This document shows, in pieces, positions 9,601 through 17,500 of a stretch of DNA of 64,000 nt. The position numbers and the translations under genes are program-made. Position 1 is the first letter of the stretch. Each line of letters begins with the position of its first letter. Location: IMG/VR virus record IMGVR_UViG_3300017991_005548, positions 124,001 to 188,000 of that record. One strand, written 5' to 3'. The notes under the pieces were generated by a model, which worked only from the letters and a program-made list of their open reading frames with translations, made no database searches and had not been told where the DNA came from.

Positions 9601-11587
9601 AGATGTAAGTTGTTCTACTTGGGTTATTCAGGTCTAGGTTAATCGTTGCGAATGTCCCAAGTCCTGCTGTAATAGTGGATACATCAACATCAGAACCCCC
9701 GAAGGTGAACATATCAAACTTTATGTCAGACGGATAGTAGGTTTTAAATCTATTTACTAAGCACTCAACGATGTTTTGTCGGTTGTTGTATCTGTCCATC
9801 ATCCCCATACTTCCAGAACTATCTACAACAAATGAGAGTATTGCATCAGAGTACTCAATTTCACCATCAACAATGTCATCTTCAATGGTTATCGGGTCTG
9901 TGGCAGGAGGTGTTGTTATAGTACTGTTTCCTGGATCGAAAGGGTCAAAGTTACCAACAACTCTTAAAGCAAAAACGGAATTGTAAAGGTCTTCCCAAGT
10001 AGTCTCATCTTTACTTGTCCATGCAAAAGTGTCTGAATCAGCATTTTTCTCATCATATGCCCATAATACAAAATTATCTTCATCTCCATTGTGGCGCAAT
10101 GTGATGGAAAGATATCCATTACTAGGAGTTGTTTCATCCATTAAATCGAAATCGAACGCATACCAATCGTCTTTAACAATTGTTGAGGCATGAAGTGAGG
10201 CCAAATGGAGTTCGCTTTTAGGAGTCCCATCATCATAACAGTCAGATATGGACATCCTTATCCAATAATTTGATGTTCCTCTTGCCCTGTACAAGAATAC
10301 ATAAACCTTACCAATACTGTATTCCGAATCATAGACTTTGAATGTTTGTGCAAGTCTATTTCTTATGTTTGGGTTGGCCGCAGAAGACAAACCTAATAGC
10401 AATGGTTTTGTTTGGTTCCAAAAGAGACCCGAACTAGAAGAGCTTGAGGAAACATTTGCTTCACTTTCACTACTGGTACTGGAAGAATCAATACTTGAAC
10501 TACTAGAGGTTGAATTACTTGTTGGACTGGATGAAGAAGAGTTTGACTGTGAACTTTCCGATTGAGAACTATGCCCAAGGCTTGAAGAAGATGAGCTTGA
10601 ATCAAGAGAACTTGAACTAGAAGAGCTACTTGTTGTAACTGTGCTGGATGAGTAACCACCCGAATCAGAAGAGCTTGAATCAAGAGAACTTGAACTACTG
10701 CTAGAACTTGAGCTAAATTGGTTACAAGATAGGGCTAAGGTATTCGGAAATGGCAATAGGGTTCCATCCCAGTCAACTGTACCAGATAATCCACTATTGT
10801 TTTGTTCAATAAGAGTTATTGTTCCTGCGCCAGTCCTTTGACCGACAGCTATTAAGTTGATTAAGCCAACCTCCCTATAAACTCTGACCTGTTGAATTGC
10901 TCCTTGGACAAACAAACCAACATACATATTGCAATTGGTAGTGTTTCCATCTCCCATCCCTGAAAAAGTCCAGTTTGTGAAGTAAGCACAATTGCCCCCT
11001 TCGCAGAATGGACTTGTACAACATTGGGAGCTACTTGAGCTTGGAGATTGAGTCGATTGACTGCTTGTACTTGAAGAATCAATAGAGCTAGACGAACTAG
11101 AGGTGCTTCTGTCGATACAATATATTATGCCTGAATAAGAGAAGTCAAGTGGAGTCCCATCCCAATTTACTTGTCCAGTTATCCCGCTATTATCTCTTTC
11201 TTCAAGATCTATATCTGAGGCTACCAATGAAGTAACTTGCCCCAAAGCTATGATATTAAAATATGTTGGGTCTTGGTATAGTTCAACCTGCTGAGTGTTA
11301 GTTGCTGGGAAGAACACCGTTCTTACATAAATAATTTCATAATCAAGACTTACCCCAATAAGATTCCACCCAGTTAGATGAGCACAAGCAGTTCCTTCGC
11401 ATTCTGGGTATTGACAGTATCCCGAACTACTAGAGCTTGAGGAAGAGTCTATACTCGAAGATGAGCTACTAGAAGTAGAAGAAGAATCTATACTCGAAGA
11501 TGAGCTACTAGAAGTAGAAGAAGAATCTATGCTCGAACTCGAACTTGAACTTTCGCTATATTGAAAACTTGAACTTGAACTTGACAT
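3671..11587 (-). CDS. Giant (2638 aa) tail appendage/adhesin-like structural protein with Ser-rich N-terminus, two Cys modules, a split vWA (MIDAS) domain and an HxH triad
   Basis: vWA motifs FVVDSSGSM (~aa 588) and GASQLHDAV...VIIVTDGDEN (~aa 2230-2270). Duplicated C..P.CEG..CA..T.W...QQV..Y...IA.GQ...NSG..G.V.WDG module. HTH/HTH/HSH triad. Lies within the tail-gene block. Confidence 0.8.
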   Translation of the reverse strand: MSSSSSSFQYSESSSSSSSIDSSSTSSSSSSSIDSSSTSSSSSSSIDSSSSSSSSGYCQYPECEGTACAHLTGWNLIGVSLDYEIIYVRTVFFPATNTQQVELYQDPTYFNIIALGQVTSLVASDIDLEERDNSGITGQVNWDGTPLDFSYSGIIYCIDRSTSSSSSSIDSSSTSSQSTQSPSSSSSQCCTSPFCEGGNCAYFTNWTFSGMGDGNTTNCNMYVGLFVQGAIQQVRVYREVGLINLIAVGQRTGAGTITLIEQNNSGLSGTVDWDGTLLPFPNTLALSCNQFSSSSSSSSSSLDSSSSDSGGYSSSTVTTSSSSSSSSLDSSSSSSSLGHSSQSESSQSNSSSSSPTSNSTSSSSSIDSSSTSSESEANVSSSSSSSGLFWNQTKPLLLGLSSAANPNIRNRLAQTFKVYDSEYSIGKVYVFLYRARGTSNYWIRMSISDCYDDGTPKSELHLASLHASTIVKDDWYAFDFDLMDETTPSNGYLSITLRHNGDEDNFVLWAYDEKNADSDTFAWTSKDETTWEDLYNSVFALRVVGNFDPFDPGNSTITTPPATDPITIEDDIVDGEIEYSDAILSFVVDSSGSMGMMDRYNNRQNIVECLVNRFKTYYPSDIKFDMFTFGGSDVDVSTITAGLGTFATINLDLNNPSRTTYIFDVSGSQADVDAVYENNGAEFTVQHKLKSDQISLITYGNTSPIDSGTLNLVSGTGDATIDFSSVTAVSVEDPMIAYGFKTLENNHTYNIGDFKVDFNVISDVNLTNWQLFYPGSESPSITLGNNAPNNEESIDIVASTNLISRKLLTNAGITQSNITSILYVGDTTVTVEDASDFEVGDVIDILQGDAANIGHTITEIDSNTITFDPGVRLAVTNNSLAGSIVQDSSYNKITNINGSTANILVRDTKVSRDVVFYLQNSDGYYLEWDFEAFSEWVSYNIFFFGQTALLPMSFFEKDGTPFPDGTEVNLLVDKEPDIFAKDKIESAFVTYPSFAGQKRIYVQSTEGYFRESIIDILDKSGNIQTTKIDEIGTDPNLGPYIDIVDPLLFDVSAELGTTIRLNESSDEKLTPTDNILATEILSVDVTPIVNDKDVDPSLLKPYDIDRVPPSTPYEDLNLAEKFTQRQTLDMPTVDGNVCARVLPIVEDILETVKDKEEDLSRLLRYSPETDIVAQLEQNDGDQETATELPTAEETDATEEDVDYVIETPIYTSNGLATSSMQSFATEYEEKTFEGLNIPGIENPLFFSKDYEIFAYADFMGETGRTLARLYLDPFEVSFISPIVIDSTYVESDRVQYYLAAPKDEDSLDCFPRYEKRYVRGYHASDGSTITLNYIVADEFVLANDQFINITLYTNRVIDLDATASNVVYKDSSYPTTQQFANIRPLENVAVDENGEPVETPKTAIDQWREIVQNNPFEEVLESVNETDSAPSASSGTGLRSTNANDIINQYIELVGGSVQQDTEEESGLFYQDPAEWTYAKQFEQYQFSLEIVNGKASITIPTSDIVSLLFIEASVSFGDRDQHEQILADMFFIANPVTITSVNPGVLVPAENEVYEIGTGVEYLDASEVVEDNVQVNFSFRSAKQFNVEPSSSVTDNGWAGGVFIGPIEPVEPREAGAAAAELCPPIVDVNVDIEVFHPSGYVRKVRRIVSLTGQNFGDEDDSFIFYAKDALTPIYADGESNPNAKIVVDLQDDFNPTDIFVGEDGVKRLRGLGQPNDLPRTLTTFNSNPRRSTWQTDRLELTAIPKNKNIGHQQPLGEREIFREPWLSQVEAYTSYRKEEGGYRRGEIANGRPLPTPGGGIRIPKPLQQYVEPLGIELKYETNFVRDGVTTARIYAELTWKGQPILNQLTINEGTDFESVIEYPLPKVTFESGICEESNASGGQLPQMKDTRNLIDGCLIVGPNQDISLSDYSVQSGLIRSDVYDEDSGGEVVSSHTHVISLDINGNGTTTSTINLFGSIGNHTHTFTSYESDEQLSHSHNVRCVAMTNILPTKNIDTDFVVNGTVRYDPTNSQPYENEPVNPEGNRMMFATLEVPAGTELARRLATKIELGNDLNNGEPIFILDYEDEEEASSQSGVAGPAGSEDTSATFYTATDIEETERGFDIRVYAKFPEYQYVDDIGNVIVVPEEIVTDGSRITVELLPYKPPEDEEGTDPGFLVMGAGVKRDYMHIKARVSATSDGYLSERQFIINVASIQQWYPSIRHRVPELTSDDIYLASAIDSFGFFGASQLHDAVKRAAEQLVQYQTNNEDYKDYKKFVIIVTDGDENTSENSLNQAVQTVNFVDGEGEVQIIPIQLGQPHASDSILLEKYGEEGGSSVFYLDNSTSAQINSICNEIASGNNLQINTTTLTGTIVFENPNIPDTTVIAGVTVPTGAEVTYRIRTSVDGITYSDWTDFIDYSIPYEHDKSIDALQKYIQYEIKLVGNSDFQTPVINGGVEVDYYNPREFVIFFKPISVNLDDDEYISSIHITSEADVPENSTVEYLMTQSESLRPEEYYNIIPDQHTILPTRFNELLQTEDFKTYTAVNGRWNANFTLNVYRLGLDETQGTLIDSSEYAANNIEGTITFLAPQDPSTTIFMDLFFASSFRVATRVTNFTDEVAVIHHIGVMYNISKRIPRSSDGTIINVPISKRLPE
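11448..11525. repeat. Perfect 39-bp tandem duplication (codes SSTSSSSSSSIDS-type unit)
   Basis: tctatactcgaagatgagctactagaagtagaagaagaa occurs at 11448-11486 and 11487-11525. Confidence 0.9.
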
Positions 11588-11589
11588 CT

Positions 11590-14500
11590 TTAATTAACTT
11601 CTGGCTGAATCAGAGGTAAAATCTCTGAACTTCCTTTCTTTGTAGAGAAGATTTCTCCACCTGTTGTACCTGCTACTGTTTGTCCTGACGCAGATTCAAC
11701 TCTTACTATACCATTGACTTCTAAGTTGCCTTCAACGAAGTCATTTAGGTCAGCTATATTCTCCCAGGTATTCCCATCATCCTCACTATTATAAATGAAA
11801 CTGCTTGAACCCACGACCAGAATATTATTTTGGTCTTTTTTCATATCGGAAACGACATCGATTAATGCAGTGTTTCTGTGAGTATGTTGAGAAGGCAACC
11901 CTCTAATCAGATAATCTTCCACCTGGATTGTTTCAACTTGATTGTTGCGTACCATGTGCTCATGTGTATTCGAAAATTCGTCTCTCAAAACCTTTACCTG
12001 AACAGTATTCGCAACAAAATAAGCGTTACTTGCAACGATCTCTAGTTTTATGGTTGTCGAGTCGATTACTGATTTGATAAAATTGGTTTCTGATTTATTC
12101 GCAGAAGATATGATAGTAATCTTATCTCCATTAACCATATTAGTTGTATCCTCAACCTTAATCGTTGAGTCTCCCAACTCAATATCTTCTGTGACAACAT
12201 GTGTACTTGTTACAAAGTCATCATAATATATATTCTTTGTATAGCCATAATTAGTGGCGTTGATTTCCCAACTCCAAGTCTCAGAAATTTTGATATTGTT
12301 GTATTCGGTGAAGTCCCAATTAGTATTGTTGAGTAACTTAACGGTCATTGTTGTCGCTGTATGCTGAACTACCTCACTAAAATATTCAACTCCAATTTCC
12401 AATGGGTTCCAGAATCGAATTCTTGCATCTTTGAAAAGAGTTCCATCTTTTTGAACCAATGCATTGTTAAACAAGCTTGTATCAGAGACTTCAAACTTAA
12501 CAGTGGCATTTAGAACCTGTTCAAAAGAAGCTATCGATCCACTAACAAATCCACCAACCAAATCCAAATCATGATAATGGGATGAATCCGTAGAAGTAAT
12601 TTTGTTATTGAAAGAAGATAATGGTTGGTAAATCGGACCAGTTAATCTAAATACATCGTCAGACCCTATAATCAACCCCACAGGAGTTGTTATTATTTCA
12701 GTATTAATTAAGCTAGAGAAGTCATTTAGTATGATCTTATTCCTAGAATTCTGATAAACTGTCATGCCTTCTATCAACGCGGCATCACTATCACCATTGG
12801 TAACTTGGAAATCAAAATCAACCAAGAAATTATCAACAACATTTTGGGTAAAAACTACGTCAAGGTTAACTTTTCCACTACTGTCAATCCCTACGAATGA
12901 TTGCCCAGGTATGATATCTTCATTAGTAGAATCTGGAGTCTCAGCATTGTAGGGGGTGATAGTTCCGTCAATGATTATCTGATTTGACGTATTAGAAACA
13001 ACTGTGTACTCTTTGCCAAGATTTCCATTTTGATCAGTTGATACGTAAATTTTTCCGTTAGCCAATTGATTGTTTTGCGTGAGGAAGTCAAAATCAACAT
13101 CAAGAACTGACCTATCTCCAACAAATTTTATTCTCTTGCCAACATACGTTAACCAAATAGCTACGAATTCAGTTTCCAGTTCTACAGTTATTTCTCCACC
13201 AATTGTCCTAGAAGAGTTTTCCGCGATAGTGTACCCAGCTACAATAGGCAAGTCTACAACATAAAGTGTTCTTCCTTTGTATTGATTTGCTGAAATAGTA
13301 TCTGACGCTTCAATTGACAGAACTACCGCATTATTAACAGGGTTGACAGAAATCGATTTTATTAAGCCAGATACATCGATATTAGTTACCTGTCCTGGGA
13401 ATCCAACAGACCAAATCTGACCATCATAAGGGAACTCACCTGTTGTAGTTTGACTATCTTCGTAAACTCCGATATCTGTACCAAATAATATATTTCCATT
13501 GTCAGCTTCTACCATATCGTTTACAACAACTGGGTAAACTTCAAATGCCAAATTACCACTCTGGCTTTGGATAGTTTCATTAGCCTCTCTGCCAAGAACT
13601 ACAATAGATGAATCAAATCCTGAGTTGAAAATCACCCTACCACTGAAGATAGGAGTGTCGTTCCCTTCGGCAAAAATGGAGATGTTGCGTTTGTCCAATT
13701 CTCCGTCTGCATATCTAAAGTCATTTGGATATGTATAGGATACTGACATAATGGTATGTCCAAAGGTTGAAACTTTGGATGACTGAATTGTTCCCCTAAC
13801 TTCTTCAAACTTCCTATACGTACTCCATACCTTACCCAAGTCGGAACTTCTAAGAATATAGTGAATCACATTACTCAGGTCCGTTCCTGCGGCACTAGCG
13901 AGAATCCCACCAGTTGATATCGGCAAAAAGTTTACGATGTTTACGTTTTCAACTGTAGCATCAAACAATCCAGAGGTCCATACAAAATCACCAAGGTATG
14001 GGGTGTAAGCAATTTTATTCTTCCCTCCAACTAGCAAAGTATTGGTCAGGTCAACGTTACCAAGGTTTTCCTCTCCATCAAACTGTTGCCACCAAGACCC
14101 CATAGTTAATCTAACACTTGCGATTGTTTCTGGATCTTCTTCAAAAGGAGGAGAAACCTGGATAGAGTTTGGAGTAGCTTTTACAATAACATAACTTGTG
14201 TTATTTTTAGGGTTCGATGGATCACTTATAGTTTCTATCTTAACTGCTCTATTTGGTACTAACTCTGAGTAAATTCCCCCAGCCGCTTTGATAATACCAA
14301 CTGTTGGATCTCCCTCAATATTTTTAAATGAAGCTTCATGAGGTGGAATAACAACAAAACTATCTTCAGGCCATCTTAAGGACATAGAGAGTGCAGGGAA
14401 TCTGACGGCTTCCTGATCTTGAAGCGTCCATGTGATCATATCCTGAGTCAAATAAACCCCGTTATCAGTTGCAACTAACAGATTCTCATCCCCAAAGACA

Positions 14501-17500
14501 CTCATATCATAAACAGGTCTTTTCAACCCCCAAACATAGAACCAGTTCGCGTTTACATTGTCGTTTCTTCGCGCCCAGAAAACTCCGATATCAGTTCCAA
14601 CAATAATATTACCAGAGAATGTACCTGTTCCAATAAGGATCTTGTTGATTGACGTTGCTCCCTTAGCTTCAAATGGGCTTTGGAAGTTAACTAAACTGTA
14701 TGCTTCGCTATTCTCAATGTCTATGTAATTCCCATAATAGTTTTCATCCGCAGGATTTTCAGAATAATGGAAGTCATAGAAAAGGCTCTGAATCATCTCA
14801 GAATCGATTTCGGGGTAGACATACCTTACAGCTTGAGTCAACTGTAAAAGGTTGCTCAGATAGGCGTTATTTAGCTCATATGGCCTTTGATCGCTTTCAT
14901 ACGACAGCCGATCTTCTATTTCTTCATGAGTGTTGGTGCCAATGTTGGTTAAGAAACTATCATATATGTTCAATCGGATAGCCGAACTTGCATCTAAATT
15001 AGGCAATTTATAAACAGTGGCAGGAGTATCTATTTTTATTGTTGATCTCGGAGAGAATGAAATTATGTTATCTGAAACAGATGTGATTGTTCTATAAAGA
15101 TAAGATGTCTCAACTTCTCTCTCTTCAACCGATCTTTGAGCTTCAGCTTCTGCGGCTTGTTCCGCACTTGCGCCACTTTCTCCTCCAGCCACAACAGTTT
15201 CTGTTGGTGGAGGAAGCTCATCTTTCCGAATCGAAATGCGATCTCCAGCCTGAAACTGACTTGCGTCCTCAACTTCAATGAAATTATCATAAACAGATAA
15301 ACCGTTGGTCAAACTTGATGTTCCACTGAAGTCTACCAATCCTAATGTCGGATCAACTGTGAAACTCCATCCTCTAGATGCTCTATTATCGATATCTGTT
15401 TTGGTTGAGTAAATAAGTTTACTGTTAATATAGATATCATATGGCACATCTGTTGGCCATCCTCCACTCTCGGCATACCACTTATCGAAATTAACGAGAG
15501 TTGTAATAGTTTGATCAGTTACAGTAATCTCTTTTAAATAGAATGTTTTGCTTCTATTCCCATAAGCGTAATCGAAATATACATTTTCTCCGTTAAGAGT
15601 TAGTGATGGCAGTGGAGATCCAGAAAAACTAAACTTACTTGTAAACGATGAAGAATATTCATAGACTTCATTAACTGAGCCAACAAAGAATGATTCTAAA
15701 TCATATGACACTTGGAAAGAATATGCAACAATATCACTAATTTTATTCCACCCCCCAGAGTATCTATAAATGCCGTCTGGTTTAGAAAGATACATAATAC
15801 CATCATATGCAAAGAACTTGCCATTCTCACCTTCTTCTGGAAGATTGCAAATAAAATTCCATGTCTCTCCACTATCTTTTGATCTATAAACCTTTGTATT
15901 TGATACGGCATAGAGAGTTATGACTAAGCTATGGGTATGGCCATTGGCACTTTGAACAGTCCAATCGGTTACGTCATGAGTATGCCCATCTTCCAATTCA
16001 AGAGTTCCATTCCCATTAATGTTAACATCAAGAGTATGAGTGTGACCAAGCTTAGTTGTAACTTTCATAGACTTAAAATCTTGTTCAATCTGGTTGTAGT
16101 TACCTTCGAGTTTCTCAACCCAGGTCTTTCCTTGGTCTTCTGTTTTGAAAATTCCATCAGAGGCACAATATACGTTATTACTTGTGAAAACCAGTATGTC
16201 ATTAATGTTGGGAGATTCTCCTGGCCTTGTTGTATTAGAAAGTATTGTACTTCTATTGTGAGATCTGAGAACCAGAACTCCATTATTTGAAGCAACCCAA
16301 ACACTTCCTTCTTCATCTTGTTCTGCATTTTTGAACACCCCTACATTTGATGGAGTATTTGGGGCTTCCCAACTAAGATAGAAGTTATCTTGTAAGTTGA
16401 CATTTGTTGCAACGATATCTTTTCCCACAGTCAAGATTTTATCTGTTGTAACACCATTTCTTGTAATTTCTTGAACCTCGATTGATATCGCTGGGATACC
16501 ATCAAGATATCTCTCGACCTTGGCGACTGTTTTAACTGAGCCTGGATTCTCAGCAATCCTTTCTTGAACTTCTTCACTTTCTGGATCTAACAACTCATTT
16601 GTCTCTACGTCTCTAAGTTGAACCGCTATTAATGTCTCGTCATCTCCAACTTCATCAAAATCTTTAAGGTCAGTTATTTTGTAGTTTGGAACTGGAATAT
16701 ATGAAAGTTTTTGAATCATTGTTTGATCGGCATCACTATTTGATTCAGATTTCCCTACAATAAGATATGAATCTCCAGTTTCTGTAAGAGTTTCTTCCGC
16801 TAAAGCAATTTGCAGTGTGTAGATATCACTTGTAATCTTCAACGGAGTGCCAGTTTCTATCTCATAATTTTGCTTTGCTTTTTCGAACATTTCTAATAGA
16901 TCTGTTCCTGTCTCATAAAAAGGCAGATCGTTAATAACAAAAACAAACGCATCATCATTTGGGATCATGATTAAATCATCGGATGTTCCAACATATAGAT
17001 TACCGAATCGATCTTCAAACATAGAGTATGCAACTTTAACATCTCCAATAACTGATTGAATGATTTCATGAGTGTGAGAAGAATCCGTTTCAGTAGTTTC
17101 GTTTATGTCATTCTGCCAATCAAGCAATCCCTGACTCTCTGCATCCTCAACAACCCCATCTTGTACTGAGTGCAAATGGGCAACCAAATACGTTTCGTCA
17201 TCCTGCCCTACAGCATAGTATACAGGCTCGTCGTTGATGTATGTTTGTTCAGTAAGACCTGTATTCTCTTCATTTACCAATAAATTATGGTAATGGTCTA
17301 ATGTATTTTCTGTTACTGATGGTGTTACCAAGAAATTTATACCATCATTACTGATTACGGGATAGTTAAATGGTGAGAATGGTTCGTCTGTTCTTCCAAC
17401 ATGAGACAAGAATGGGATCTGAGAAATCTCAAATACTCCAGATGCGATTTTCTGAGCATTGACAAAAAAGATATTCTCATTCCTGATAACTCCTGTTACC

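Noticed and set aside
4910-9700. Intein as the explanation for the vWA insertion
   Set aside because: No intein N-terminal block, no terminal HN-C/S/T and no LAGLIDADG motifs were seen. The insert consists of structural modules.
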